Source: a bacterium
Lineage (GTDB): Bacteria > SAR324 > NAC60-12
Direction of reading: 5' to 3'
NCBI GenBank assembly: GCA_965205865.1
Contig: CBDBHR010000028.1
Location: 384,001-448,000, forward strand
DNA: 64,000 nucleotides
Shown one piece after another: positions 1 to 12,735 of this stretch. The notes under the pieces were generated by a model. The model had not been told where the DNA came from. It searched no databases and saw only the letters and a list, made by a program, of their open reading frames with translations. The position numbers were made by a program, and so were the translations under genes. Every line of letters starts with the position of its first letter. The stretch's first letter is position 1.

Positions 1-12
1 TGACATTCAACC

Positions 13-391
13 TCAAAAATCAAACCCGAATTGTGGCTGTGGCAAACGTAGTGTGCGGTCGAGATCTCGCAGCAAATTGTCGTCGGCGCTGAGATCGTCT
101 GTCAGAGCCAGAACCGATGCGCTTCTCACTCCAAACCACAAACGACTGAATGCGCCTATGGAAGCTTTGAGGGTCGGCAAGGCGCGCGAGTTTCCTTATG
201 TTACCGGGAGATGTGAAGACAACACATTCCGCCTCTCCGTTTATGGGAAACACGACAGCGTCCATCGCGCGCGCCAGTGGTTCGAAAGCCTTGGCCATTT
301 CTTCATTTTCGAGCCAACCTATTTCGAAGTAGATACGCTTGACCGCGTCAAAATCACGATCATGATCGTAGTCGAGAATTTCAATAGTCAT
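13..391 (-). pseudogene. Eis-like GNAT acetyltransferase, internally deleted
   Basis: N-terminus MTIEILDYDHDRDFDAVKRIYFEIGW...SPGNIR is joined out of frame near 195 to a C-terminus ...LPTLKASIGAFSRLWFGVRSASVLALTDDL...LRLPQPQFGFDF* (stop 13-15); the middle of the protein is missing. Confidence 0.6.
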
Positions 392-404
392 TTTCTTTGA
401 CCAA

Positions 405-2161
<1,757 letters not shown>

Positions 2162-2182
2162 GGAGTCTCGGCTTTTTGCAGT

Positions 2183-2872
2183 CTAGCGCTTCCGTTCAAT
2201 GATTTCGGTGGCATCCCCGCGTCCCACGATACATCGTGCCGTCATACCAACAAATAAACCGTTGATCACTACGCCTGGAATGGCATTCAGTCTTGCTTCC
2301 AATGACTGAGGATCTGTGATTTCTTCAAAATGACAGTCGAGGATGTAATTTTGATTGTCTGTAACAAACACCTTCTCTCCCTTTTTCCGTAAAGTGATTT
2401 CCGCCCCCAGACCTTCGATTCGTCTGGCAACTGTCTGCCAACCGAATGGCGTGACTTCAACAGGAAGGGGAAATTTTCCCAGCATGGTGACGTATTTGGA
2501 AGAATCGACAATGATAATCAACTCCTTGGAAATCGAAGCAACTATTTTTTCCCGCAGAAGCGCGCCTCCGGCACCTTTGATCAACACCAATTGTGGATCT
2601 ACTTCGTCGGCACCGTCAATAGTGAGGTCCGGTTTTGGGGTTTCCGTGAAATCCACCAGGGGAATTTGAGCCTTTTCTGCCAATTGCCGGGTTTGCTCCG
2701 AGGTGGGAATGGCTCGTATGGAGAGTCCCTCCCGGATTCTTTGTCCTAGAGCTCGAATGGCATAATTGGCCGTCGATCCGGTTCCCAGTCCCACCACCAT
2801 TCCCGATTGCGCATAATCTACGGCTTTTTCTCCTGCAAGTTGTTTTTCCTGCTCTACATTTTGTTGAGGCAT
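2183..2872 (-). CDS. rpiA: ribose-5-phosphate isomerase A
   Basis: GLGTGST, DGADEVD, IKGAGGALLREKIVA. Confidence 0.97.
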   Translation of the reverse strand: MPQQNVEQEKQLAGEKAVDYAQSGMVVGLGTGSTANYAIRALGQRIREGLSIRAIPTSEQTRQLAEKAQIPLVDFTETPKPDLTIDGADEVDPQLVLIKGAGGALLREKIVASISKELIIIVDSSKYVTMLGKFPLPVEVTPFGWQTVARRIEGLGAEITLRKKGEKVFVTDNQNYILDCHFEEITDPQSLEARLNAIPGVVINGLFVGMTARCIVGRGDATEIIERKR

Positions 2873-2888
2873 CTTAAATTTTCTTCAG

Positions 2889-2926
2889 TTCTCCCCTCCC
2901 CTTGAGGGAGGGGCTGGGGGAGGGGG
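2889..2926. repeat. REP-like GC-rich hairpin (CCCCTCCC-CTTGA-GGGAGGGG family), copy 1
   Basis: ttctcccctccccttgagggagggg also occurs at 51595; diverged copy at ~57591; all intergenic. Confidence 0.75.
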
Positions 2927-2933
2927 TTTGTGG

Positions 2934-4964
2934 TTAAATCAATCCTTCTAACCAATTTGTGATATTTTGGGTCATTTGCTCTGCAGTGAAACCGAATTTT
3001 TCAGCAATTATTTTTCCAGGAGCAGAGTGTCCGTAGGATTCTTGTCCAATCACATGATCCGCATAGCGGTACCAAGGTCCTGAGACACCGGCTTCAACAA
3101 CTATTATTTCTGATGTCCGAGGAAGTAAAGAGTACTGGTATTCCTCACTTTGCGCTTCGAATAATTCAAGGCAGGGCATGGAAACATGGCGGACGCCGAT
3201 CCCCTTACTTTCTAAATTGTTCCGCAGGGCTTGCACGGGCCCTCCTTCAGAGCCGGTCGAAACCAAGATGATTCGAGGATCCGCATTGCTCGCTTCCTGG
3301 ACTATGTAACCACCTTTCCAAATTTCTTCAGGATTGAAATCAGGGGGGCGCGCCAAATTGCTGACGCCTTGACGGCTCAAGAGCAGAGCCGATGGCTGGT
3401 TTCCATCAGGGCGTTCCAATGCATGAGCCCAGGCGGCAGCAGTTTCCATGGCGTCGGCAGGACGCCAAACATTGAGGTTGGGAATCACGCGTAAAGCCCA
3501 CGCGTGCTCAATCGGTTGATGGGTGGGACCGTCTTCTCCGACCCAAAATGAATCGTGGGTGTAGACAAAGATCGTAGGAAGATGGGAAATGGCCGCCAAC
3601 CGCACACTGGGGCGCATGTAATCGGAAAAAACCACAAAGGTGGCACAAAAAGGCAGCCAAAATCCGGAAAGATACAATCCATTGCTCACCGACCCCATAC
3701 CATGTTCCCGTATGCCAAAGTGAATGTTGCGGCCGGAAAAAGAAGGATCCGGCAGTTGCCTGGATTTGACTGAGGCAGGAATGACACTGTTGTCCGCTTT
3801 TATGAGAGTGAGGGTACTGGGTTCCAAATCCCCGGAACCTCCCGTCATCTGGGGAAGCAGTCGGGCTGCTTCCTGAATGACGGTTTGGGAAAGTTTGCGG
3901 GTGGCGCCTTCCTTGCCTTCTACGGCAGCAATCAGTTTTTCCATGAGATCCTCCGGCGTTTGCTTTTCGGTATGGAGCCGCCATTGCTCAGCCAATTCCG
4001 GATGAGTGGTCTTCCACTGCTGGTGCTGTTGCTGCCATTGTTGATAGAGTTGCAGAGTTTCTTCAGCCCGTTGATCAAAAACCATTCGCACCTCTGGCGG
4101 AATGTGGAACAACGGTTCCTGAGGCCATCCTGAGGACTCTTTGGCCCGTTGCACTTCTTCTGTTCCGAGCGGACTGCCATGAGTTGCCGCAGTTCCTGCC
4201 ATGGTGGGGGCGCCTTTGCCAATGATGGTTTGGGCCACAATCAAAGAAGGCTGTTGGGATTGCTCCGTGGCTTTTTGCAGACAAGCTTCCAATTCTTCGT
4301 GATTGTGCCCGTCGCATCGCTGCGCATGCCAACCGTATGCTTCAAAGCGTTTGCCGACGTCTTCGCTCATGGAAAGGTCGATCTCCCCTCCAATGGTAAT
4401 CCGGTTCTGGTCGTAAATGGCAATCACATTGTTCAGCTTCAAATGACCGGCGAGCGAGGCGGATTCGGCACAAACGCCTTCCTGCATGTCCCCGTCCGAA
4501 CACAAGATATAAACAAAGGCATCCACCATGGCGCATTCCGGCGTGTTGAAACGGGACGCTGCCATTTTCAGTCCCAAGGCAATCCCCACGGCATTGCCAA
4601 AACCGGCGCCAAGTGGTCCGGTGGTGCATTCGACTCCGGGTGTCAATCCGTATTCAGGGTGACCGGGAGTGCGACTTGACCACTGGCGGAATTGTTGCAA
4701 TTCTGCTAAGGGGAGATCATAACCGGAAAGGTGCAGCATCGCGTAAAGCAGCATCGAAGCATGTCCTGCAGAAAGGACAACCCGATCCCGATTAGGCCAA
4801 TGGGGATCTTGCGGGTTGTAGCGTACAAATTTATTCCACAACACAAAGGCAATATCAGCCAGTCCCATGGGTGCGCCAGGATGGCCGGAATTGGCCTTCT
4901 GCACCGCATCGGCTGCTAAAAAGCGGATTGTGTTGACACATTGCTCTCTTAATTCCGGTGCCAT
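2934..4964 (-). CDS. tkt: transketolase
   Basis: NSGHPGAPMG, TPGHPE, THDSFWVGEDGPTHQP; likely start MAPELREQ at 4964. Confidence 0.97.
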   Translation of the reverse strand: MAPELREQCVNTIRFLAADAVQKANSGHPGAPMGLADIAFVLWNKFVRYNPQDPHWPNRDRVVLSAGHASMLLYAMLHLSGYDLPLAELQQFRQWSSRTPGHPEYGLTPGVECTTGPLGAGFGNAVGIALGLKMAASRFNTPECAMVDAFVYILCSDGDMQEGVCAESASLAGHLKLNNVIAIYDQNRITIGGEIDLSMSEDVGKRFEAYGWHAQRCDGHNHEELEACLQKATEQSQQPSLIVAQTIIGKGAPTMAGTAATHGSPLGTEEVQRAKESSGWPQEPLFHIPPEVRMVFDQRAEETLQLYQQWQQQHQQWKTTHPELAEQWRLHTEKQTPEDLMEKLIAAVEGKEGATRKLSQTVIQEAARLLPQMTGGSGDLEPSTLTLIKADNSVIPASVKSRQLPDPSFSGRNIHFGIREHGMGSVSNGLYLSGFWLPFCATFVVFSDYMRPSVRLAAISHLPTIFVYTHDSFWVGEDGPTHQPIEHAWALRVIPNLNVWRPADAMETAAAWAHALERPDGNQPSALLLSRQGVSNLARPPDFNPEEIWKGGYIVQEASNADPRIILVSTGSEGGPVQALRNNLESKGIGVRHVSMPCLELFEAQSEEYQYSLLPRTSEIIVVEAGVSGPWYRYADHVIGQESYGHSAPGKIIAEKFGFTAEQMTQNITNWLEGLI

Positions 4965-5173
4965 CTTCGACCTTTCTATGGTTTGGCTTATCCTTCGTAA
5001 ATTTATTACCAACAATTCTAAATTTCAAGATTTAGTAGCATCTTGAAAAGCGAATAATGAGACTAGTGCAGACCCCTCAGAAGTCAAGCAATATTCTAAG
5101 AGGCTGTTTGATAAATTTCGTTGGCACTCTGCAATAGCAAATCCGTATATCAGCCATGAATCGAAGGATGGAG

Positions 5174-6694
5174 TTATGAATGACCCGCCATGTGATGTCC
5201 GATGACGGAAAGATCGATGGCGTCCGCAGTGGTTTGATAAACGAGCTTTCCGTTGCGCATCACCACAATACGGTCAGAGAGTTCCAGAATTTCGTCTAAC
5301 TCTTCACTTACCAACAAAACCGCGGTTCCTTTGTTACGAACCTTCATGATTTGGGTTCGGATCTCATCTGTTGCGGAAAAATCCAGACCCAAACAAGGGT
5401 TGGCCACGATCAGGACCTCCACTTCTCCGGAAAGCTCTCGTGCTAAAACTACACGTTGGATATTGCCGCCTGACAAATTCCACAGGGGTGTATCCGGAGA
5501 CGTGGTTTGGATACGATAGCGTTCGATCAGGGAGTGGGCCGTCCGTTTCAATGCAAATGTATTCAAAAGCCATCCCGCAATAGAATGAGGGGGACGATCA
5601 AAAAGGCGGAAAGCCATATTTTCGCAAACACTCATATATCCGACACAGGCATTCTGCAAAGGCTCTTCGGGTAGCACATGAAACTTGTTCCGAAATATTT
5701 CCCGGCGGGTAGCGGTGTAATGCGCTCCGCGTATTTTTATCGTGCCAGAGAGGAGGGAACGTTGTCCGGCCAACACTTCGAGGAATTCTTTTTGTCCATT
5801 CCCCGAAACACCGGCAATGCCAACTATTTCTCCTGCACCGACTGCAATGCTCAAATCCTCAACCACAATTGTTTCTCTATCGCCAGCCACCCGGATATTT
5901 TCAATCTCCAACTTTCGGGTCCGCTTGGGGATTGCCTGCCGTTCCCTGGCAGTGATCACCATCCTGGAGCCAATCATCATTTCAGCCATTTGATGAGTTG
6001 TCAGAGCAGATACTTTCTCACTGCCTATCGACTTGCCCCGACGTAAAATGGTGACGGTATCCGCAAAATCAACGACTTCACGAAACCTGTGAGTGATCAT
6101 TAAGATACTCAGTTGCTTTTCATCGCTCATCTGGCGCAGTAATGACAAAATCTCGTCGCTTTCCTCGGGGGTGAGAACAGAGGTGGGCTCGTCGAGAATC
6201 AGAATATTGCTTTTCAGGTAAAGCTGCTTGAGGATTTCCAATTTTTGTTTTTCTCCGGCAGCCAACATGCCAACTGTACCTTCCAAAGGCACTTGAAAAG
6301 GCATGGATTCCATGAACAAGGCTAACTCTTTTTTTTCGGCATACCAGTCCAGCACGAAAGGGAGTTGTGGGCGGGACATCACCAGGTTCTCAATAACCGT
6401 CATATTGGGAATCAGGGTGAAATGTTGATAAACCATGCCTATTCCCATTTCATGGGCAGTCCCTGGGTTGTCAATCGTCACCGGCTGGTTATTGATCAAG
6501 ATCTTTCCCTCGTCTGGGCGGTAGTAGCCCATAATGCACTTGACCAATGTGCTTTTCCCCGCACCATTTTCTCCCAGGATGGCGTGGAATTCGCCAGGCT
6601 CCAAGCGCAAAGAGACGTGATCCAATGCCCGCAAAGAGCCGAATCGCTTGGTCATGCGAAGAACTTCCAGACTTTGAAAAGGATTATTCATCAT
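5174..6694 (-). CDS. ABC transporter ATP-binding protein (two NBDs, nucleoside/CUT2 type)
   Basis: GENGAGKST, LILDEPT, second domain LSGGNIQR. Confidence 0.92.
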   Translation of the reverse strand: MMNNPFQSLEVLRMTKRFGSLRALDHVSLRLEPGEFHAILGENGAGKSTLVKCIMGYYRPDEGKILINNQPVTIDNPGTAHEMGIGMVYQHFTLIPNMTVIENLVMSRPQLPFVLDWYAEKKELALFMESMPFQVPLEGTVGMLAAGEKQKLEILKQLYLKSNILILDEPTSVLTPEESDEILSLLRQMSDEKQLSILMITHRFREVVDFADTVTILRRGKSIGSEKVSALTTHQMAEMMIGSRMVITARERQAIPKRTRKLEIENIRVAGDRETIVVEDLSIAVGAGEIVGIAGVSGNGQKEFLEVLAGQRSLLSGTIKIRGAHYTATRREIFRNKFHVLPEEPLQNACVGYMSVCENMAFRLFDRPPHSIAGWLLNTFALKRTAHSLIERYRIQTTSPDTPLWNLSGGNIQRVVLARELSGEVEVLIVANPCLGLDFSATDEIRTQIMKVRNKGTAVLLVSEELDEILELSDRIVVMRNGKLVYQTTADAIDLSVIGHHMAGHS

Positions 6695-6726
6695 GCAGTC
6701 ATTTTTATAAAATGCTTGGGCTCTTT

Positions 6727-7659
6727 TCAGCGTATCAAGCTCAATTCAGTGGGCGCACCCAGCAATTTACGTTTGGAAGAGGAGGAAAGAATCATAACCA
6801 GCAACGTCAAAAAGTAGGGGACGGCATTGAACAAATAATAACCGGAAGTCACGCCGACCGCCTGCAAAGCAGGTCCCAATGCGCTTGATCCTCCAAACAA
6901 TAAAGCAGCCCACAGGCAATTGAGTGGATTCCAACGGGCAAAAATGACGAGAGCAACCGCCATGAGCCCTTGTCCGCTGGAGAGACCTTCGGACCAACTT
7001 CCAGGGTAATAAAGCGAAAGATAGGCGCCGCCAATGCCAGCCATAGCGCCGCCGATTGCCGTACTCCAAGATCTTATTTTTACAACTGAAAATCCCATCG
7101 CTTTCCCTGCATCCGCGCTCTCCCCGACAATCCGGACCTGCAGTCCCCATTTTGTATGTTTCAAAGCCCAATTGAGCAGAAAAGCTGCTCCCACTCCGAA
7201 CAGAAAGAGCGCATTGATTTGCAGAGCCGCTTTGAGCTGGGACATTTCACTCCACCAGCCTAATTCAATAGAGGGAAGACGTGGTGCGGAAGGTTGGATA
7301 TAAGGCGTACCCAAAAAAAAAGCCAGACCGGTGCCAAAAATCATCAGGGCAATCCCAATGGCAATATCATTCACTTTTGGAAAACTGCACAACCAACTGT
7401 GTAGCAGGCCAAATACAGCACCAATCATTGCGGCGCCAATCACCGCCAGCCAGGGAGAACCACTGCGCAGGGCAAGGGCATACCCACCCATTGCCCCCAT
7501 CACCAGTGTCCCTTCCAGTCCCAGGTTGATGCGCCCACTCTTTTCGGTCAGGCATTCTCCCAGACTGACAAAGAGGAAAGGCGTACCCACCCGAATGGCT
7601 CCGGCAAAAACTGCCAGGAAAACCCCAAGCCAGCCAATTTCATAAGCAATCATAGTCAC
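6727..7659 (-). CDS. ABC transporter permease
   Basis: hydrophobic; EKSGRINLGLEG motif of BMP-associated permeases. Confidence 0.9.
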   Translation of the reverse strand: MTMIAYEIGWLGVFLAVFAGAIRVGTPFLFVSLGECLTEKSGRINLGLEGTLVMGAMGGYALALRSGSPWLAVIGAAMIGAVFGLLHSWLCSFPKVNDIAIGIALMIFGTGLAFFLGTPYIQPSAPRLPSIELGWWSEMSQLKAALQINALFLFGVGAAFLLNWALKHTKWGLQVRIVGESADAGKAMGFSVVKIRSWSTAIGGAMAGIGGAYLSLYYPGSWSEGLSSGQGLMAVALVIFARWNPLNCLWAALLFGGSSALGPALQAVGVTSGYYLFNAVPYFLTLLVMILSSSSKRKLLGAPTELSLIR

Positions 7660-8723
7660 TTTTGGGCAGCTCCATTTTGTTGGAATATTCTGAAGCGCCC
7701 ATAGAGGGTCTCACTGAACAAAATGACGACAAAAACGATGCCTTGCAGGACCAATACCGTGGCATCGGGAAGATCCTGCGTCCGCTGCAACAAACCACTA
7801 CTGCTACGGATCCCTCCCAGCAAAATGGCCACGGGAATTATTGCAATTGGATTGTGCCGGGCAACGAAGGCAACCAAAATCCCCGTGTAACCATAATTCG
7901 CATTCAAAGAACTATTGGCGCTTCCATGGACCGCCGCCACTTCAATCATCCCCGCGAGTCCCCCTCCGGCTCCTGCAAAAAAACAGACAAGCACAATCAA
8001 TCGTCCTACAGGAAGCCCTGATAACAGGGCGGCTTTCACGTTACCGCCCGTTATTCTTGTCGCAAAGCCAAACGTGGTTTTATGCATCAAAAACCAACAT
8101 AAGAGGCAAGTCGCGACTCCGAAAATCAACCCCCAATGTATGTCGCTTCCGGGAATCACTCCCAACATACTTTCTTCACCAATGGGAGAAGTTGACGGTT
8201 TGTTCAAACTACGGGGATCCCGGAAAGGGCCGGAAAAAAGATGGCTGGCGACGGCAATTGCAATGTAGTTGAGCAACAAACTGCTGATTGTTTCATTTAC
8301 CCCGCGATAGTGGCGCAAGGCTCCGCAGAGAGCGATCCACAATCCTCCAACAGTCATTCCGGCAAGGGCCATACCGATTAAGACAATCCATGGTGTTTGC
8401 GCTATCAGCACCAAACCTAACAGTGCAGCTGCCAATCCTCCGATGACAAAAGCGCCTTCTCCTCCAATTATGACCAGACCCAAATAAGCGGGAAGTGCGG
8501 TGCATAAAGCAGTCAACATTAAAGGAGCCGCACGAACCAGAGTGTTCTGCCAGGAAAACCAGGAACCGAATGCCGCCCTGTAAATAGAATAATAGACTCC
8601 CCCTAAATCCGCACGGATTGCCAGTAAAAAAAAGCTGAAAACGACCATAGAAACCATCAATGCCAAAAAGGGAATTACGATGGCTTCTGCAGCTTTATTC
8701 CAGTGTCTGATGGGGGATGACAT
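7656..8723 (-). CDS. ABC transporter permease
   Basis: hydrophobic; GVNETISSLLLNYIA, GYTGILVAF. Confidence 0.9.
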   Translation of the reverse strand: MSSPIRHWNKAAEAIVIPFLALMVSMVVFSFFLLAIRADLGGVYYSIYRAAFGSWFSWQNTLVRAAPLMLTALCTALPAYLGLVIIGGEGAFVIGGLAAALLGLVLIAQTPWIVLIGMALAGMTVGGLWIALCGALRHYRGVNETISSLLLNYIAIAVASHLFSGPFRDPRSLNKPSTSPIGEESMLGVIPGSDIHWGLIFGVATCLLCWFLMHKTTFGFATRITGGNVKAALLSGLPVGRLIVLVCFFAGAGGGLAGMIEVAAVHGSANSSLNANYGYTGILVAFVARHNPIAIIPVAILLGGIRSSSGLLQRTQDLPDATVLVLQGIVFVVILFSETLYGRFRIFQQNGAAQK

Positions 8724-9856
8724 TAAACTCCTGTCGTGCCGACGACTCCTTCAACCAGCCAATCCATGGATTCCAGCCATATATCCGTTTGCACGCGTTC
8801 TTTGCCAGCAGCAATGACAATATTGCCTTTATTATCTCGGAGGGGACCTTTGAAGATCGACATGGTTCCAGCGATCAGTTGAGCTTTAATTGCATCTGCT
8901 TTTTTCCGAGTTGCCGCATCCACAGCAGGGCCATAGGGAGAAACTTTGACGATTTCTTCTTTCAAACCACCTCTCAAAGAGTGAGGGATTTTTTCACCAT
9001 TTTGTATCATTACCGCATATTCATGGTAGACTGCAGACCAGTTCCATTCTGCGCCACTGAGATATCCTTTTGGTGCCAATACGGACTGGTTAGTATGAAA
9101 GCCGCTGCAGAAAATTCTCCGGTTTTCACATGTCTCTATCACCACTTTGGGACTGTCGACATGGCAGGTTATCACATCGATACCTTGATCAATAAGACTG
9201 TTTGTCGCTTCCGCTTCGCGAACGGGTAAAGCCCAATCTCCCGTAAAAATCACATGGGTCGTCACCTGTGGATTGACGGTTTGCGCACCCAGGGTGAACG
9301 CATTGATATTTCTGAGTACTAAAGGAATGGGTTTGGCTGCCACGAATCCCAATTTTCCCGACTTGCTCGTTCCACCTGCTACTATCCCTGCCACGTACTG
9401 CGCCTCATCGATATAGCCAAAATAACTTCCCACATTGGTTGGATGCGCTCCTTCCTGATACAATCCACCACAATGCAGAAATACGACATTCGGGTATTTT
9501 TTTGCCATTTTCAATATGTGCGGATCGAAGTAGCCATAGGAAGTGGGGAACAACACGTCGGTTCCATCCAAATGGATCATGCTTTCCATGGTTTTTTGCA
9601 CTTCAATATTCTCAGGTACCTTTTCCTCATCAACCGCATTGACCCATGGTAAACGGGAAATAGCGCTTTTCCCTTCAAAATGGGATTGATTGTAACCATA
9701 GTCATCCCGAGAACCTACGTATATGAATCCCATGGAAATTTTTTTTGCAGCTTTGGCTTCTGGCAGAGGAACCAGATTGCCAATGGCACTAAGTAAACCA
9801 GCAGTTGCAATGCCTTTAATGGCTTGCCTCCTTGTCAATAATGTCACTTTTTTCAT
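8723..9856 (-). CDS. BMP-family ABC substrate-binding protein (Tat-type signal)
   Basis: TRRQAIK signal, GFIYVGSRDDYGYNQSH; likely start 9856. Confidence 0.9.
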   Translation of the reverse strand: MKKVTLLTRRQAIKGIATAGLLSAIGNLVPLPEAKAAKKISMGFIYVGSRDDYGYNQSHFEGKSAISRLPWVNAVDEEKVPENIEVQKTMESMIHLDGTDVLFPTSYGYFDPHILKMAKKYPNVVFLHCGGLYQEGAHPTNVGSYFGYIDEAQYVAGIVAGGTSKSGKLGFVAAKPIPLVLRNINAFTLGAQTVNPQVTTHVIFTGDWALPVREAEATNSLIDQGIDVITCHVDSPKVVIETCENRRIFCSGFHTNQSVLAPKGYLSGAEWNWSAVYHEYAVMIQNGEKIPHSLRGGLKEEIVKVSPYGPAVDAATRKKADAIKAQLIAGTMSIFKGPLRDNKGNIVIAAGKERVQTDIWLESMDWLVEGVVGTTGV

Positions 9857-10145
9857 AAAATCCTCTTTGAGGGGTAAAGTCGAGCTTGAAAAGCCCAGGA
9901 TTTTTCGATACGTCAGAAAAGTATCACAATATATTTTTTGCATACAGTAAAGTCAAAAAACCGATTCGGAATTATGGCGCCTTCCTTTATGCAGCAATGA
10001 AAAATTCACAAATTTTCTCTTGTTGATTCCTGATGAAAACCTTGACAACGCTTCAAGAAGAAAATATCTCTCATACTAAAATTTACTCCTCTTTTATAAA
10101 AACTTCATTGGTATCACTTTTTCCTCCTTTCCCGCGAGCAAGATT

Positions 10146-11261
10146 GTGTCCCGGAAAAATCGATCGCGAGTCGTAATTTGTGGCGGAGGTGTCATTGGTA
10201 CGTCAATCGCTTATTTTCTCAGTCTGAGGAACGTGGAGACCCTCGTCGTCGAGCGCGCTGGTGTCGCCAATGCGGCATCGGGCAAATCAGGGGGTTTTCT
10301 GGCACTCGACTGGTGCCAGGGCACGCCTGTTGATGCCCTGGCGCGGCGTAGCTTTGTACTCCATGGAGAATTGGCATCAACCCTTGGTTCCGAAATGAAT
10401 TTGGATTGGGGATACCGCCGGTTGGACACCTTGAGTGTTGCTGCCAGTGAACGTCGCGATCTCAGCAAACTGGCTCGGATAAAATCACCACGCTGGCTCG
10501 GACCCACTGCGGCTGTTAACGCGCAAATTGGTACTGAGGAGACGACGGCTCAGGTGAATCCGATGGAATTCACGCAGGGTTTGATGTCAGCAGCAGAAGC
10601 GAGAGGGGCACGCCTTGTCTCGGGCGCAGTGCAAGAGGTTGTTTTGTCACCCGGTGGTCGACGAGTGAAAGGCGTATTGGTCGATAACGAGATGTTGAAA
10701 GCGGATAAGGTTGTCATCGCAATGGGGCCTTGGACGATTCTCGCCTGTGAGTGGTTGCCGTTACCTGCGATTTATGGTCTCAAGGGTCATAGCTTAGTCT
10801 TACGCTACACTCCGCCCGAACCACATGCGCTCTTTGTGGAGTTCGAAACCAACACTGGTATTCAAACACCGGAAGTAATGCCTCGGAGCGACGGCACGAC
10901 CTACGTCTGTGGTTTGTCAGGTGATGAGCCGTTGCCAGTCGATCCATCCCTGGTGAACGTGGAGCCCGGCGTCTGTGATCGCTTGAGGGCAATCACGACG
11001 ACGTTTTCTCCACCATTGGGAGCAGCAGAAGTGCTGGCCGAACAAGCCTGCTATCGTCCCGTTGCTGAAGATGGCCTGCCATTGATCGGGCGAATACCAG
11101 GCGTAAAAGGAGCTTTCGTCGCGACCGGACACAGTGTCTGGGGTATGCTCAATGGACCTGCCACCGGCGAAGTAATGGCAGAATTGATCATTGACGGTAT
11201 GGCAACGGCTGTCGATATTGCTCCTTTCAATCCGGGGCGATTGAAAGAATTCCGACTCTAA
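10146..11261 (+). CDS. FAD-dependent oxidoreductase (DAO/glycine oxidase family)
   Basis: GGGVIG, ASGKSGGFL, ATGHSVWGMLNGPATG. Confidence 0.9.
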   Translation: MSRKNRSRVVICGGGVIGTSIAYFLSLRNVETLVVERAGVANAASGKSGGFLALDWCQGTPVDALARRSFVLHGELASTLGSEMNLDWGYRRLDTLSVAASERRDLSKLARIKSPRWLGPTAAVNAQIGTEETTAQVNPMEFTQGLMSAAEARGARLVSGAVQEVVLSPGGRRVKGVLVDNEMLKADKVVIAMGPWTILACEWLPLPAIYGLKGHSLVLRYTPPEPHALFVEFETNTGIQTPEVMPRSDGTTYVCGLSGDEPLPVDPSLVNVEPGVCDRLRAITTTFSPPLGAAEVLAEQACYRPVAEDGLPLIGRIPGVKGAFVATGHSVWGMLNGPATGEVMAELIIDGMATAVDIAPFNPGRLKEFRL

Positions 11262-11268
11262 CCCGGAA

Positions 11269-12093
11269 TCAGTGAAGCTGAGTGCCTCCATCCACGTTGA
11301 TTGCCTGCCCGGTGACGTTTTTTGCAGTTGCCAGATAGACTGCCAGTTGGCCTATGTCCTCAGGTGTTTGAGGGCGACCAAGCGGGATAACATTCCGGAT
11401 GAATCGCTGCCAGGATTGCTCTTTTGTTTCGCTTTCCTGCCTGAATCCATCTGCCAGGTATTCCCACATCTGAGTGCGGAGGATTCCCGGGCAAATCGCA
11501 TTGACCCGGATATCGTCGGATGCAAGCTCTTTCGCAAGGGAATTGGTAAATCCGACGACGGCAAACTTCGAGGCGCAATAGTGCGCTAGTCGAGCGTCGC
11601 CATTCTTCCCGGCCACCGATGCAATGTTGATGATACAGCCTTCGTTGCCTTGGGTTTTCAAGACAGGGATGGCTGCCTGACACGAGAGGAAGACCCCTTT
11701 TACATTGACGTCCAAGGTAAGATCCCAGATTTCCTCACTCATCTCTTCGACTTTTGAAAGACTGATAACCCCGGCATTGCAAACAAGGATATTCAGACCG
11801 CCGAGTTGTCGAACGGTTTCTGCGACCATGTGCTGCGTATCCTTTTTCCGGATCACATCAGCATGCATGGCGATTGCCCGACGGCCAACAGCGTTAATTT
11901 CTTCCAGAGTCTTTTGAGCGGCAGCCAGGCCACCTACCTCAGACGTCCCGTATTGTTGCTCCGCACTGGAAATATGATCAACGTCGGTGATCGCGACGTC
12001 GGCTCCAGCCTTTGCCAGCGCAATTGCAATTCCGCGTCCGATACCGCGTCCCCCTCCAGTAATAAGGGCTACCTTACCTTCAAGTGTCGTCAT
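11269..12093 (-). CDS. short-chain dehydrogenase/reductase
   Basis: TGGGRGIG, NAG, YCASK; likely start MTTLEGK at 12093. Confidence 0.93.
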   Translation of the reverse strand: MTTLEGKVALITGGGRGIGRGIAIALAKAGADVAITDVDHISSAEQQYGTSEVGGLAAAQKTLEEINAVGRRAIAMHADVIRKKDTQHMVAETVRQLGGLNILVCNAGVISLSKVEEMSEEIWDLTLDVNVKGVFLSCQAAIPVLKTQGNEGCIINIASVAGKNGDARLAHYCASKFAVVGFTNSLAKELASDDIRVNAICPGILRTQMWEYLADGFRQESETKEQSWQRFIRNVIPLGRPQTPEDIGQLAVYLATAKNVTGQAINVDGGTQLH

Positions 12094-12211
12094 TTCTACC
12101 TCCCATTTTCTTGGAATCCAAGCAAAACATGCAACCACAAGGCCAAAGCCATCGTTTTAATCTGTAATTTCCTTTTAGAATTCATATGGGAATGTACGAG
12201 TCCACGGATTC

Positions 12212-12385
12212 AACAAATTGCTCGAAGTGGCCGGATGGCGCTTCTACCCCGAAGGGGATAAGCCCAAGAGGATCGCTGCGGCAGCCGTCATCGAGCTTTT
12301 TCTCCGTTTCACCGCCTGGAAACACCATGCCGGATGCCGACACCAAACGCCGCATCGACACCGCCCGCAACATCCTGGTGGGCAA
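12212..12385 (+). pseudogene. collapsed type I restriction-modification remnant (HsdR N-terminus plus HsdM N-terminus)
   Basis: NKLLEVAGWRFYPEGDKP (12212-12265) resembles HsdR starts; MPDADTKRRIDTARNILVG (from 12327) resembles HsdM starts; recognised from memory. Confidence 0.6.
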
Positions 12386-12516
12386 CGAGACATCTTAAAA
12401 CTCAAACACTATCGGTTGACAGTACCTGATATCCACGTTGAGGGGGAAGGAGTTTTCTCCGTCGCCTGCCAAGCATGAAGTTACGCTTCCAGCTTCTTCT
12501 TCTCCGAAAACAATCT

Positions 12517-12735
12517 AACCTGAGTTCGAGATAAGAATTTAATAAATTCAATATGTTATGGAATCTTCATATCGTAGAGAAACCTTGTCATTCCTGCGAA
12601 AGCAGGAATCCGGAGGTATGCAGCCAGACTGAAATCCGGATCCCCGCTCCCCGCTTTCGCGGGGACAAGTTTCGCGAGGATGACATATACACTTAGGATA
12701 CTCATATTATTGAAGATTTATGTCGAACTCAGGTT
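12517..12735. mobile_element. MITE (219 bp) with terminal inverted repeats, ATCT target duplication and internal REP-like hairpins
   Basis: aacctgagttcgagataa / ttatgtcgaactcaggtt (17/18 inverted match); ATCT at 12513-12516 and 12736-12739; internal gtcattcctgcgaaagcaggaatcc and ggatccccgc...gaggatgac. Confidence 0.8.
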